This document shows positions 46,467 to 56,203 of a stretch of 64,000 nucleotides of DNA, one piece after another (position 1 is the stretch's first letter; each line of letters opens with the position of its first letter). Position numbers and translations under genes: made by a program. The DNA lies in contig DATLVR010000119.1 of the NCBI GenBank assembly GCA_035577265.1, forward strand, positions 68,436 to 132,435. Reading direction: 5' to 3'. The stretch is from Verrucomicrobiia bacterium. GTDB taxonomy: Bacteria; Verrucomicrobiota; Verrucomicrobiia; Limisphaerales; UBA11358. Under the pieces are notes generated by a model. It was not told the origin of the DNA. It ran no database searches and saw only the letters and a list, made by a program, of their open reading frames with translations.

Positions 46467-49132
46467 GGCGCATTTTCGCGCCCCGTGCGCGAGATGGAGG
46501 AGTGCGCAAAACAGCCCGCGGCGATGGCATCGGAAAACTTGGGCAGTTCGAGCAAGATGAACCGGATCGTCTCGCTAATCTTGCTCGCGTGCCAGGCCGC
46601 TTTCAACCCGGCCAGCTCGCGTGCGTCGGAAAGGTTCAGCCGCGAGATGCATTCCCGCAAAATCGCGCGACCCGACCCCACGCCGTCATTGTCACGATCA
46701 TGCGGCAGGCGCTCGACGTGCTTGAGCAGCTGGTTCAATTGAAACAAAACCGAGCGCGGATTTTTGTCGTCGAGCAGCACCAGATCATAGACCGCCGCGA
46801 TGTGCGGCAGCAGGCTGTAGCGCGAGCGATACGTGATGGAACTGTCGTCCACCTCCAAAATGGTTTCGAGGACGCTGGCATTGTCGGCTTCCGGCGAATG
46901 CAGCTTGGCATCCAGCAGTGTGCAAAGATAGATGGCGCGTTCGATCCGCACGCCCATGTCCAGAAAGCGCCACGCCTGCGCCCGCGTCATGTTCTCGCGC
47001 GCGAGTCCGTGAAACGCCGCGATGCCGAGCAGGGTTTGATTCAATACGCTCACGGCGTCGCCCACGAGCATCACGCGGCGTGGTGGCGACGCCTCGTCGC
47101 CGGAGGTCCTGACGCCCGCATCGCGGGAAGCCGCGTCAGGCTGATCGTTGCTCCGCAAAGGCGACGAGGCGTCGCGGCCACTCAGCTGTTCATTGAGCTG
47201 GCTGATGACGCGCCACATGTCGTTCGACGTGCGGTCGCGCACCTGCACGGCGAGCCGGTGCAGATTATCCACGGTGCTCCGCAGACTTCCGGGCCGCGAC
47301 GGATCAAAAACGGCTGCGAGCAGTTCCGCCTCGAACGCCTCGGCGTTCTGCCGGAGGTCCGGCTTTTCCGAAATGCCCGGCAGCTGTCCCTGCACTTCCA
47401 GGGTTTTCAACAACGGCGCCAGCAACTGGGTCGAACTGCCGGCGCGTTCCGGATTGAACCGCAGCAATGCCGTCCGCAGCAGACGCGCGGTGGCGTCGGC
47501 CCGTTCCGAGTAGCGGCCGAGCCAGAAAAAAAAGTCGGCCAGACGCGACGGCAGATTGTTTCCAGTGCGCCGCAGCTCGATGTTTTCGCCCTTCAAATAC
47601 AAGAGCGAGACATCCTCCACCGGGGTTTCCGAACCGATCCAGGTATCCTTGCTGCTGCCGCCCAGTTGCATCGCCAGCAAACGCCCGCCGCTGCTGGGAG
47701 CAACGCGGGTGAGTCCGCCGGGCATGACATGATACCCGTCGCCGCTGGCGACCAGATAGACCCGAAAACTCACCGGCTGCGCCACCAACCCGCTGCCGTT
47801 CCAGGACGGCGCGGTGGAGAGTTCCACGCGCTCTTGGGCGACGAACAGGTCGGGGTCGAATTCAATGTGGCGCTGTAACGCTTCACGTTCTTTCGCGCTT
47901 AACGGTTTTTCGGGATCGGGCGCGCGGAAGTGGGTGCGAAACGCCGGTTTCAAGACCAGTTTGTCGAGATGCTCCAACACATATTTCCGCGCGGAATCCT
48001 GGCCGCACCACCACGTGGCCACCGACGGCAGTTTTAATTTTTCGCCGAGCAGATGCTTGCACAACCCCGGCAGAAACGACATGAACGCCGGACTTTGCAG
48101 CAGGCCGCAGCCGAGCGCGTTGGCGACGACGACATTGCCCGCCCGCAGCGCCTCGACCAAGCCGGGCACGCCGAGCATGGAGTCATTGCGCAACTCCAAC
48201 GGATCACAGAAATCATCGTCCACCCGGCGCAGAATCACGTCCACCGGTTCCAGGCCGCTCAAGGTTTTCAGGAAGACGCGATTGTCGCGCACGGTCAAAT
48301 CCTGTCCCTCGACCAGCATGTAACCGAGATAACGCGCAATATAGGCCTGTTCAAAATAAGTTTCGTTGTGCGGACCGGGCGTGAGCATGACCACGCGCGC
48401 CTCGTTCGCCGGACGCGGCGCGAGCTGCGCCAGGGTGTTGCGGACGGAGCGGAAAAATCCCGCCAACCGATGCACATGATTGTCGCGGAACGGCTCGGGC
48501 AAAATGCGCGAGGTCACCAGACGGTTGGCCAGCGCGTAACCCGCGCCGGTGGGAATCTGCGTTCGGTCCGAAACCACCCACCAACGTCCATCTTTGGAGC
48601 GCGCCAGATCAGCGGAATAAAAATGGAGAAACGTTCCCTGCGGCGGGCGGATGCCATGGCAGGGACGCAGAAAATCCGGCTGCCCGAAAACCATCGCCGG
48701 CGAAAGCCAGCGCGAACGGATGAGTTCCTGGGCGCCGTAGCAGTCGGCGAGAATCTTGTTCAGCAGCGTCGCGCGTTGAATCAAACCCTCTTCGAGCGAT
48801 CGCCATTCGTCCGGCGCGATGACGAACGGAATCGGATCGAGCTGCCAGGGACGTTCCATGCCGCGCGGATCGCCATAGACATTGTAAGTGATGCCCTGCT
48901 CGTGAACGAGCCGCTGGCAGGTTTCCTGGCGGCGTTTGAGTTCCGCCGAGCCGAGGCCCTTGAGCGCCGAGAACAGGCCGGTGTAATGCGCGCGAGGCTT
49001 GCCGTCGTCGCCGAGGAACTCGTCGAACACCGACGCGCTCTGCTTGTAGCCGGACAATAAATCATCCGTTGCCGCCGCCTTTTCGGCGGCGCTGGGTTCA
49101 CCCGTCGCAGATTGGGATTGCGATTGCAGCAT
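46463..49132 (-). CDS. Fusion protein: circularly permuted type-2 ATP-grasp domain plus alpha-E domain
   Basis: The N-terminal ~480 aa is paralogous to 53857..55293 (ITYNVYGDPRGMERPWQLDPIPFV, ADLARSKDGRWWVVSDRTQIPTGAGYALANR, NALGCGLLQS). The C-terminal ~350 aa is paralogous to 52681..53715 (FFWLGRYSERADATARLLR ... AWRFLDMGVRIERA). Confidence 0.9.
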   Translation of the reverse strand: MLQSQSQSATGEPSAAEKAAATDDLLSGYKQSASVFDEFLGDDGKPRAHYTGLFSALKGLGSAELKRRQETCQRLVHEQGITYNVYGDPRGMERPWQLDPIPFVIAPDEWRSLEEGLIQRATLLNKILADCYGAQELIRSRWLSPAMVFGQPDFLRPCHGIRPPQGTFLHFYSADLARSKDGRWWVVSDRTQIPTGAGYALANRLVTSRILPEPFRDNHVHRLAGFFRSVRNTLAQLAPRPANEARVVMLTPGPHNETYFEQAYIARYLGYMLVEGQDLTVRDNRVFLKTLSGLEPVDVILRRVDDDFCDPLELRNDSMLGVPGLVEALRAGNVVVANALGCGLLQSPAFMSFLPGLCKHLLGEKLKLPSVATWWCGQDSARKYVLEHLDKLVLKPAFRTHFRAPDPEKPLSAKEREALQRHIEFDPDLFVAQERVELSTAPSWNGSGLVAQPVSFRVYLVASGDGYHVMPGGLTRVAPSSGGRLLAMQLGGSSKDTWIGSETPVEDVSLLYLKGENIELRRTGNNLPSRLADFFFWLGRYSERADATARLLRTALLRFNPERAGSSTQLLAPLLKTLEVQGQLPGISEKPDLRQNAEAFEAELLAAVFDPSRPGSLRSTVDNLHRLAVQVRDRTSNDMWRVISQLNEQLSGRDASSPLRSNDQPDAASRDAGVRTSGDEASPPRRVMLVGDAVSVLNQTLLGIAAFHGLARENMTRAQAWRFLDMGVRIERAIYLCTLLDAKLHSPEADNASVLETILEVDDSSITYRSRYSLLPHIAAVYDLVLLDDKNPRSVLFQLNQLLKHVERLPHDRDNDGVGSGRAILRECISRLNLSDARELAGLKAAWHASKISETIRFILLELPKFSDAIAAGCFAHSSISRTGRENAP

Positions 49133-49169
49133 TTGCGGTTAATTGCGGTTCCGGTGTGGATCGTCCGCG

Positions 49170-52100
49170 TCAAACATTGCGCAAATCCAGCGTAAAAGGA
49201 AAGTCACTGTTCAAGGTTTCCACCGGTGGTGTGAACTTGCCCTGCTGATGGCCGTGCCGGAAAAACCGCGCGAGGCGCCGTGACTCAGCTTCGTAAGAAT
49301 TCACCGGGAATGTGTCGTAGCTGCGGCCGCCCGGATGCGCGACATTGTAAGTGCAGCCACCGAGCGAACGCTGGTTCCACGTGTCGTAAAGATCGAAGCG
49401 CAATGGCGCGTGCGATTTGATCGTCGGCTGCAGACAGATCGGCGGCTGCCACGCGCGATAGCGCACGCCCGCGACGCCCTCACCATTCGTGCCGGTCGGA
49501 TGCAATGGAACCTTGTGGCCGTTGCAGGTGATGGCAAAACGATCGCCGGCGAGACCGCGCGCCTTGATCTGCAGACGCTCGACGGAACTGTCCACGTAAC
49601 GCACCGTGCCGCCGCCGCCGGGTTCTTCGCCGAGGACGTGCCACGGTTCAAGCGCGGTGCGGAGTTCGATTTGCACATCGCGCTGCTCCAAGTCGCCGAT
49701 GCGCGGAAAACGGAATTCAAAATGCGGCGCGAACCATTCCGCCTGGAACGGATAACCCGATTCGCGCAGATCGTGGATGACGTCCTTGAAATCGGTCTCG
49801 CAAAAATGCGGCAGCATCCAGCGGTCGTGGATGTCCGTGCCCCAGCGCACGAGTTCGTTCTTGTAAGGCTCTTTCCAGAATTTCGAGACCAGGCCGCGCA
49901 ACAACAGATGCTGCGCGAGGCTCATCTCGGCATGCGGCGGCATTTCAAACGCGCGCATCTCCACGAGCCCGAGGCGGCCGGTGCTGCTTTCCGGCGCGTA
50001 AAGTTTATCAATCGAAAACTCGGCGCGATGCGTATTCCCGCTGGCATCGATGAGCAAGTTGCGGAACAACCGGTCCACCAGCCAGGGCGGCGTCTGGCCG
50101 AGGATGCCGACCTGCTTGTCCATTTCCTTGAACGCGACCTCAAGTTCGTAAAGAGCGTCATTGCGGGCCTCGTCAATGCGCGGCGCCTGCGAGGTCGGAC
50201 CGATGAACAGGCCGCTGAACAGCCAGCTCAACGACGGATGATTCTGCCAATACGTCAACAGTGAGCGCAGCAAATCGGGCCGGCGCAGAATTGGCGAATC
50301 CGTCGGCGTTTCGCCGCCGATGATGATGTGGTTGCCGCCACCGGTACCGGTATGGCGCCCGTCCACCATGAATTTTTCCGTGCCGAGCCGTGTCTGGCGC
50401 GCCTCCTCGTAAAGCACCGTCGTGCGCTCGACAAGTTCGTCCCAGGTCTTGCTCGGGTGCATGTTCACTTCGATCACGCCGGGGTCGGGCGTGACGGCGA
50501 GCTTGTTCAGACGCGGATCGCGCGGCGGTGTCTCGCCTTCGATGACAACCGGCAAACCAGCTTGGGCGGCGGAAGTTTCGATGCCCGCGATGAGGTCCAG
50601 ATAATCCTCCGTCTTCTCCACCGGCGGCATGAAGACGTGCAGACGTCCATCGCGCGGCTCGACGCAGAGCGCGGTGCGGATGATCCACGGCGCACTTTCG
50701 CCCTGCATTGGCCGGCGATTTGGATCCTCGTCCGGCTTGAGCGGCTCCGGTTTTGGTTCCGGCTTGCCGAGCTTTTGGGCGCGTTGACCCGGCCCGTAGC
50801 CGGGCGGCAACGGCGCGTTGCGTTGACCGACGACTTGTTGCCGATACGGAAATTCCTTCGGTAGCTCCGGCAGGTCGGGTTCCGACGGGTCTTGCGGGCG
50901 CAGCCACGGATATTGTTTCTCCGAAACCCACGGCACGGAATCCAGCGGCAGGCGCAGGCCCATTGCGGAATCACCGGGGATCAGCCAGAGCGTGTTGTCG
51001 TCGCGCAAGAACCACGAGCCCGACATCCAGCCCTGCTCATTGCCATACCACGCGCGCTTGATCGGCAGCGTGTAGCCGACGACCGAGCCGAGTCCCTGCT
51101 GGAAAATCCGCGCAATACGTTCGCGCTCCTGCTTGTCCTTGAGATTCGATTTCTCCGGCGTAACATTCGACGGAAACCGGCGTTCCTTCCACGTGTAATA
51201 AAACGCGTCTTCGTAAGCGGGAATGAGGTGCTCCGGCTTGACGCCAATCGTCTTGGCGAGGCGCGTCGCGAGTTCCTTGGCTTCCTTCGGGCCGTGGCCG
51301 TAATTTTTGGATTCGTCGGCGATGAGCGAATCGTCTTTCCAGATCGGCACGCCGTCTTTGCGCCAGTAACAGCCGAGCGCGTAACGCGGCAGCGGTTCGC
51401 CCGGATACCATTTGCCCTGGCCGTAATGCAGCAAGGCGCCGGGCGCGAATTTTCCGCGCAACCGCCGGATCAGTTCGCCGGAGAGAATCCGCTTCTGGTG
51501 CGACATCGCGGTGAAATTCCATTCCGGGCCGTCGGGATCATCCACGGAAACGAACGTCGGCTCGCCGCCCATCGTGAGGCGCACGTCGCCCTTTTTCAGG
51601 TCCACGTCAATCGTATTGCCAAGCTTCTTGATTTCCGCCCACTGCTCCTCGGTATAGGGCTTGGTGACGCGCGGCGATTCATAAACACGCGTCACGGTCA
51701 TGTCGAACTCGAACTCGGTTTCGCATTCGTCCACGCCACCGCTGATGGGCGCGGCGCTGGAAGGATCGGGCGTGCAGGCGAGCGGGATGTGACCCTCGCC
51801 CGCGAGCAGACCGGAGGTCGGATCAAGACCGATCCAGCCGGCGCCGGGCAGATACACTTCCGTCCAGGCGTGCAGGTCGGTGAAATCCTTTTCCGCGCCG
51901 CTCGGACCGTCGAGCGATTTTACATCGGGCTTGAGCTGGATCAAGTAACCGCTGACAAAGCGGGCCGCGATGCCAAGATGACGAAAGAGTTGGACCAGCA
52001 GCCACGAAGAATCGCGGCAGGAACCGCTCATTTTCGTCAGCGTTTCCTCCTGCGTCTGCACGCCGGGTTCCAGGCGGATGGTGTATTTGATGTCCTTCCA

Positions 52101-52607
52101 CAGGCGCTGGTTCACCGCCACGATGAAATCGTTGGTCGTCAGCCTGTCATCGGCGGGCGAATCCGGCTTCGCCCGTTTTTTTGCTTCGCCCTGCAGTTCG
52201 CGACGCAGATTCGCCAGATACCGCATGAAGTTTGGCGTCAGGTGACACTTGCGCTGGAATGGCGCAAGCTCATGCTCCAGCAGCGGGTCGTAGGTGAATG
52301 GAAATTTCTGCGCGTCCGGTTCCAGAAAAAAGTCGAACGGATTCAGCACCGACATCTCGGCGACCAAGTCCACCTCAACGCAAAATTCGCGGGTGGGCTT
52401 TTCAAAAACCAGCCGCGCGGCGTAGTTCGACTGCGGGTCCTGCTGCCAGTTGATGAAATGTTTTTCCGGTTTGATCTTCAGCGAGTAGCTCAGGATGCGC
52501 GTGCGCGAATGCGGCGCGGGCCGGAGCCGCACGACCTGCGGGCCGAGGTTGACGAGCCGGTCGTATTTGTAATGCGTCTTGTGGTGGAGGGCAACGTGGA
52601 TAGACAT
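49170..52607 (-). CDS. Large transglutaminase-family protein (DUF2126-type, 1145 aa)
   Basis: The N-terminus MSIHVALHHKTHYKYDRLV is Bact_transglu_N-like. The core is SGSCRDSSWLLVQLFRHLGIAARFVSGY...HAWTEVY...LDPT. A ~800-aa C-terminal extension is typical of DUF2126 proteins. Confidence 0.9.
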   Translation of the reverse strand: MSIHVALHHKTHYKYDRLVNLGPQVVRLRPAPHSRTRILSYSLKIKPEKHFINWQQDPQSNYAARLVFEKPTREFCVEVDLVAEMSVLNPFDFFLEPDAQKFPFTYDPLLEHELAPFQRKCHLTPNFMRYLANLRRELQGEAKKRAKPDSPADDRLTTNDFIVAVNQRLWKDIKYTIRLEPGVQTQEETLTKMSGSCRDSSWLLVQLFRHLGIAARFVSGYLIQLKPDVKSLDGPSGAEKDFTDLHAWTEVYLPGAGWIGLDPTSGLLAGEGHIPLACTPDPSSAAPISGGVDECETEFEFDMTVTRVYESPRVTKPYTEEQWAEIKKLGNTIDVDLKKGDVRLTMGGEPTFVSVDDPDGPEWNFTAMSHQKRILSGELIRRLRGKFAPGALLHYGQGKWYPGEPLPRYALGCYWRKDGVPIWKDDSLIADESKNYGHGPKEAKELATRLAKTIGVKPEHLIPAYEDAFYYTWKERRFPSNVTPEKSNLKDKQERERIARIFQQGLGSVVGYTLPIKRAWYGNEQGWMSGSWFLRDDNTLWLIPGDSAMGLRLPLDSVPWVSEKQYPWLRPQDPSEPDLPELPKEFPYRQQVVGQRNAPLPPGYGPGQRAQKLGKPEPKPEPLKPDEDPNRRPMQGESAPWIIRTALCVEPRDGRLHVFMPPVEKTEDYLDLIAGIETSAAQAGLPVVIEGETPPRDPRLNKLAVTPDPGVIEVNMHPSKTWDELVERTTVLYEEARQTRLGTEKFMVDGRHTGTGGGNHIIIGGETPTDSPILRRPDLLRSLLTYWQNHPSLSWLFSGLFIGPTSQAPRIDEARNDALYELEVAFKEMDKQVGILGQTPPWLVDRLFRNLLIDASGNTHRAEFSIDKLYAPESSTGRLGLVEMRAFEMPPHAEMSLAQHLLLRGLVSKFWKEPYKNELVRWGTDIHDRWMLPHFCETDFKDVIHDLRESGYPFQAEWFAPHFEFRFPRIGDLEQRDVQIELRTALEPWHVLGEEPGGGGTVRYVDSSVERLQIKARGLAGDRFAITCNGHKVPLHPTGTNGEGVAGVRYRAWQPPICLQPTIKSHAPLRFDLYDTWNQRSLGGCTYNVAHPGGRSYDTFPVNSYEAESRRLARFFRHGHQQGKFTPPVETLNSDFPFTLDLRNV

Positions 52608-52619
52608 TCGTAAAAAGGG

Positions 52620-52700
52620 ATGAATTATGAATTGTGAATTATGAATGAGCCGGAATTCGGCGCGCTGAAGAGTTCATCCTTCATAATTCATCCTTCATAC
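52620..52700. repeat. Heptamer-array inverted repeat (E2)
   Basis: (A/G)TGAATT/G x4 at 52620-52647, a GC-rich 25-nt spacer, then TTCATNN x4 at 52673-52700. A 12-nt perfect complement (ATGAATTATGAA) links the arms. The right arm encodes the alpha-E protein C-terminus (...SMKDEL). Confidence 0.75.
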
Positions 52701-53715
52701 TTTGCTGTTGCTGTTCCTCCTGCTGCACCATGATCTCTTCCTCAAGCGTGCTGAAGGGCTGGAAAATATACGTGTTGAACATCGCCGCACCGATGTTGTT
52801 CAACTTCAATTGCAACAAGTCCAGGTAGTCATGCAGGCCGGCCTCAAAGATTTCGTCAATGGTGCTGAACTGCAATTCCGCCACGAGCCGGCCCGCGAGT
52901 TTTTCCGCGTCGTTGCAAAAACGATCCTCGGCCACGCCGGAAATCCGCCGCAACGCGACATTGAGTTCGCCGATGCAAAAACGGACGGAGCGGGGAAAAT
53001 CCTCGTTCAACAACAGAAATTCGGCGACGAGGCCCGGGTTGACCTCCGCGCCGTGGATGGATTTGTAGGCGTCCCACGCGCTGCAGGAACGGAGGATGGC
53101 CGACCATTCGAGCACGTCCGTCTGATTGACCGTCTTGGGCGCGCCTTTTTCGGGCAGCGATTTGTAGCGCAGGTCGAGGATACGCGACGTCTTATCGGCA
53201 CGCTCGATGAACTTGCCGACCTGCGCAAACCACCAGCCTTCATTGTGGATGAGCGTGGAGTAGGAAAGCCCGATGATGTGGAGCGAGGCGGCCTTGATCT
53301 GCTGGAAAAAATCGCCAGGGCTGTCCTTCCAGACCTGCCGCGCGGTCGGCGTGCGGACGAACCAGTAGAGCCGGTTCAATTCCTCCCACAGTTCGAGCGT
53401 GATCTGGTCGCGCACCATGCGGGCGTTTTCCCGCGCGGAAAAGATGGACTGCACGATGGAATTGGGATTCTCCATCTGGAACACGAGGAATTCCGTGACC
53501 GCGTGGCCGCTGGCGTGAGGATGGAGTTTGAAAAATGCCTCCTCGTCGCCGGTCGCCTGCACGATGGGCAGCCAGTAGGCCACGAGCCGTTTCTCATCCA
53601 GGTTGCGGATGTCGAGGAGCAGTTGCAGGTTGACATCCACGATGCGCGCGATGTTCTCGGCGCGCTCGATGTAACGGGCCATCCAGTAGAGCGAGTGGGC
53701 GACGCGGGATAACAT
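52681..53715 (-). CDS. Alpha-E domain protein (COG2307-type)
   Basis: MLSRVAHSLYWMARYIERAENIARI is the standard alpha-E start (ATG at 53715). The track start at 53748 lies inside repeat E3. An internal GWWFAQVGKFIERADKTSRILD motif is also present. Confidence 0.9.
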   Translation of the reverse strand: MLSRVAHSLYWMARYIERAENIARIVDVNLQLLLDIRNLDEKRLVAYWLPIVQATGDEEAFFKLHPHASGHAVTEFLVFQMENPNSIVQSIFSARENARMVRDQITLELWEELNRLYWFVRTPTARQVWKDSPGDFFQQIKAASLHIIGLSYSTLIHNEGWWFAQVGKFIERADKTSRILDLRYKSLPEKGAPKTVNQTDVLEWSAILRSCSAWDAYKSIHGAEVNPGLVAEFLLLNEDFPRSVRFCIGELNVALRRISGVAEDRFCNDAEKLAGRLVAELQFSTIDEIFEAGLHDYLDLLQLKLNNIGAAMFNTYIFQPFSTLEEEIMVQQEEQQQQSMKDEL

Positions 53716-53729
53716 ATTTTCAAAGGGGA

Positions 53730-53852
53730 AACATTCAACATTCAACATTCAACATTCAACATTCAACATTCAACATCGAACGTCCAAGTGAACGCGGTGC
53801 CAAACGGTCTTTCCATTGGGTGTTGGGCGTTGAATGTTGAATGTTCGATGTT
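53730..53852. repeat. Heptamer-array inverted repeat (E3)
   Basis: AACATTC x6 (53730-53771) plus AACATCG, a 53-nt GC-rich spacer, then GAATGTT x2 plus CGATGTT (53832-53852) in inverted orientation. It fills the gap between the ATP-grasp and alpha-E genes. Confidence 0.8.
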
Positions 53853-53856
53853 GTTT

Positions 53857-55293
53857 TCATTCATCTCCATAAAGCACCCAGGTGTCCTTGCTGCCGCCGC
53901 CCTGCGAGGAGTTGACCACGAGCGAACCTTTGCGCAACGCGACGCGCGTGAGGCCGCCGGGGATGATGCTGGTGCGTTCGCCGGACAAGATGAACGGGCG
54001 CAGGTCCACATGGCGGCCGTCGAATTCGTCGCCGCAGAACGTTGGATGCTGCGAGAGAAAAATCATCGGCTGCGCGATGTAATTGCGCGGGTCGGCGACG
54101 ATGAGTTCGCGGAACTTTTCGATTTCCTCCCTGGACGCCTTCGGCCCCATCAACATGCCGTAACCGCCGGATTCGTTGGCCGCCTTGACGACGAGTTCCG
54201 GCAGGTGTTCCAGAATGTATTTGAGATCCTTTTCCTCATTGGCGAGATACGTCGGCACGTTCGGCAGGATCGGTTCCTGATCGAGGTAATACTTGATCAT
54301 GCGCGGCACGAAATAATACATCACCTTGTCATCCGCCAGGCCGGTGCCGATGGAGTTGGCCAGTGAAACATTTCCGGCACGATAGGCATGCACGAGTCCC
54401 GGCACACCCAGCATCGAGTCGCGGCGGAAAACCGTCGGGTCAATAAAGTCATCGTCAATGCGCCGGTAGATCACGTGGACCGGCTGCGGGCCTTTCGTGG
54501 TGCGCATGAACACGCGCGAATTGCGCACAAACAGATCGCGGCCTTCCACAATTTCAATGCCCATCTGCCGCGCGAGATAGGTATGCTCGAAATAGGCGCT
54601 GTTGTAGGCACCGGGCGTCAGCACCACCACCGTCGGATCCGCCACGCCGGCGGGCGCGATGTATTTGAGCGACTTCAAAAGTTCCTGCGGATAATTCTCC
54701 ACCGGCCGCACGCCGATGCCTTCGAACATTCCCGGAAATGCGCGCTTCATCGCCCGGCGGTTTTCCAAAACGTAGCTCACGCCCGAAGGACAACGGCCGT
54801 TGTCCTCCAGCACGAGGTAATTGCCATCCTTGTCGCGGATCAGATCCGTGCCGCAGACATGGATGTAAATGCCCTTCGGCACCTCAAAGTTGATGAACTC
54901 GCGCCGGAAATGCCGCGCGGACAGGATATAGTATTCCGGGATGACCCCGTCCTTCAGGATTTTCTGGTCGTGATAAATGTCGTGGAGAAACAGGTTCAAG
55001 GCGGTGATCCGCTGCGCGAGGCCGCGTTCGAGCACTTCCCACTCTTTCGCCGGGATGATGCGCGGCAACAGGTCGAACGGGAAAACTTTTTCCGCGCCCG
55101 CCGCGTCGCCATAGACGTTGAACGTGACGCCCTGCCGGAGAAACGCCGTGTCCACCGCCTGCCGCTTGGCTTCAAACTCGGCCGGGGACAGCGCGTTGAA
55201 CAGCTGGTGAAATTTATCATAATGCGACCGGACGCCGGCCTTCTGGTCGATCATTTCGTCAAACCCGCCTTGGATCTTGTAATCTTTCAGCAT
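53857..55293 (-). CDS. Circularly permuted type-2 ATP-grasp protein (COG2308-type)
   Basis: [68 protein letters not shown] and [11 protein letters not shown]. First gene of the six-gene minus-strand set. Confidence 0.9.
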   Translation of the reverse strand: MLKDYKIQGGFDEMIDQKAGVRSHYDKFHQLFNALSPAEFEAKRQAVDTAFLRQGVTFNVYGDAAGAEKVFPFDLLPRIIPAKEWEVLERGLAQRITALNLFLHDIYHDQKILKDGVIPEYYILSARHFRREFINFEVPKGIYIHVCGTDLIRDKDGNYLVLEDNGRCPSGVSYVLENRRAMKRAFPGMFEGIGVRPVENYPQELLKSLKYIAPAGVADPTVVVLTPGAYNSAYFEHTYLARQMGIEIVEGRDLFVRNSRVFMRTTKGPQPVHVIYRRIDDDFIDPTVFRRDSMLGVPGLVHAYRAGNVSLANSIGTGLADDKVMYYFVPRMIKYYLDQEPILPNVPTYLANEEKDLKYILEHLPELVVKAANESGGYGMLMGPKASREEIEKFRELIVADPRNYIAQPMIFLSQHPTFCGDEFDGRHVDLRPFILSGERTSIIPGGLTRVALRKGSLVVNSSQGGGSKDTWVLYGDE

Positions 55294-55513
55294 ATCAGCC
55301 AGTCATTTTTTGAACTGCATGGACAATTTCCACCATCCGCCGGCCCTGAAAAAAATTTCATCGCCAGCCTGATAAAAAAGCACAATGAACGACTTCGCAA
55401 GCCATTTCGCAGGTTTTAGGAACTCGGCACCCTGCGCGGCCGCTGCCGTTAAACCACTGCGATTGAACCTTCCCGAATAGTTTAGCAACCGGCTTGCCGA
55501 ACGACGATAATTC

Positions 55514-55531
55514 TTGTGAATTATTTCACGA
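55514..55531. promoter_or_regulatory. Rex operator-like palindrome
   Basis: TTGTGAA-TTAT-TTCACGA matches the Rex consensus TTGTGAA-N4-TTCACAA at 13 of 14 defined positions. It lies 40 nt upstream of rex and ~220 nt upstream of the divergent ATP-grasp operon start. Confidence 0.6.
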
Positions 55532-55570
55532 ACGCTTGCCGCGCACGGACGCCTCGCGTAATTTCGCGGC

Positions 55571-56203
55571 GTGAAGAAAACCGAACGCCCCGTCATTCCG
55601 CGTAAAACGATTTACCGGCTTTCGATCTATTTGCGCTGCCTTGCGCGTCTGCACGAGAATGGCATCGGCACCGTTTCGAGCGAAGCGCTGGCGAAGGCCG
55701 CCGGCGTCAAGTCCACGCAGTTGCGCAAGGACCTCGCCTACTTCGGCACGTTCGGCACGCGCGGCCTCGGCTATGATGTCCCGGAACTTTTCAAAAAGAT
55801 CGCGGACGAACTCGGCACGTCGCGGTTGCAACCGGTCATCTTGGTCGGCGTCGGCAATCTCGGCCTCGCGCTGCTGTCGTATCGCGGCTTCGAGAAAGAG
55901 GGATTCGAGATCGTCGCCGCGTTCGACGCCGCGCCCGCCCGCAAACGCGACAAGGAAATCAAGCAGCCGATCTACGGCATGGAGGCCTTGCCGGCATTTG
56001 TCGAGCAGCATGGCGTCAAGATGGCCATTCTCACCGTGCCGGTGGCCGTTGTGCAGGAAGTGACGAACTCGCTGGTGAACTGCGGCATCGTCGGCATCCT
56101 CAACTTCGCGCCCATCGTGCTCGCCGTGCCGGAAGATGTGATGGTCAACAACGTCAACCTCGCCATCGAGTTGGAAAACCTGAGCTACTTCATTCAGGAG
56201 TGA
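55571..56203 (+). CDS. rex: Redox-sensing transcriptional repressor Rex
   Basis: IPRKTIYRLSIYLRCL...VSSEALAKAAGVKSTQLRKDLAYFGTFGTRGLGYDV is a winged helix. ILVGVGNLGLALLSY is a Rossmann motif. The start codon is GTG. Confidence 0.9.
   Translation: MKKTERPVIPRKTIYRLSIYLRCLARLHENGIGTVSSEALAKAAGVKSTQLRKDLAYFGTFGTRGLGYDVPELFKKIADELGTSRLQPVILVGVGNLGLALLSYRGFEKEGFEIVAAFDAAPARKRDKEIKQPIYGMEALPAFVEQHGVKMAILTVPVAVVQEVTNSLVNCGIVGILNFAPIVLAVPEDVMVNNVNLAIELENLSYFIQE

Noticed and set aside
44850-46742. 630-aa plus-strand ORF antisense to the transglutaminase genes; similar cases at 49335..50264, 50892..52613, 46502..47878 and 48053..49060
   Set aside because: Arg/Ala/Gly-rich composition with no motifs. 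The opposite strand encodes proteins with intact catalytic motifs and paralogy, so these are GC-driven shadow ORFs.
53730-53852. Possible CRISPR array or coding repeat
   Set aside because: The units are 7 nt with no spacers of CRISPR size, and no cas genes are present. The array is tandem plus inverted, so it is a structured repeat and not a CRISPR.
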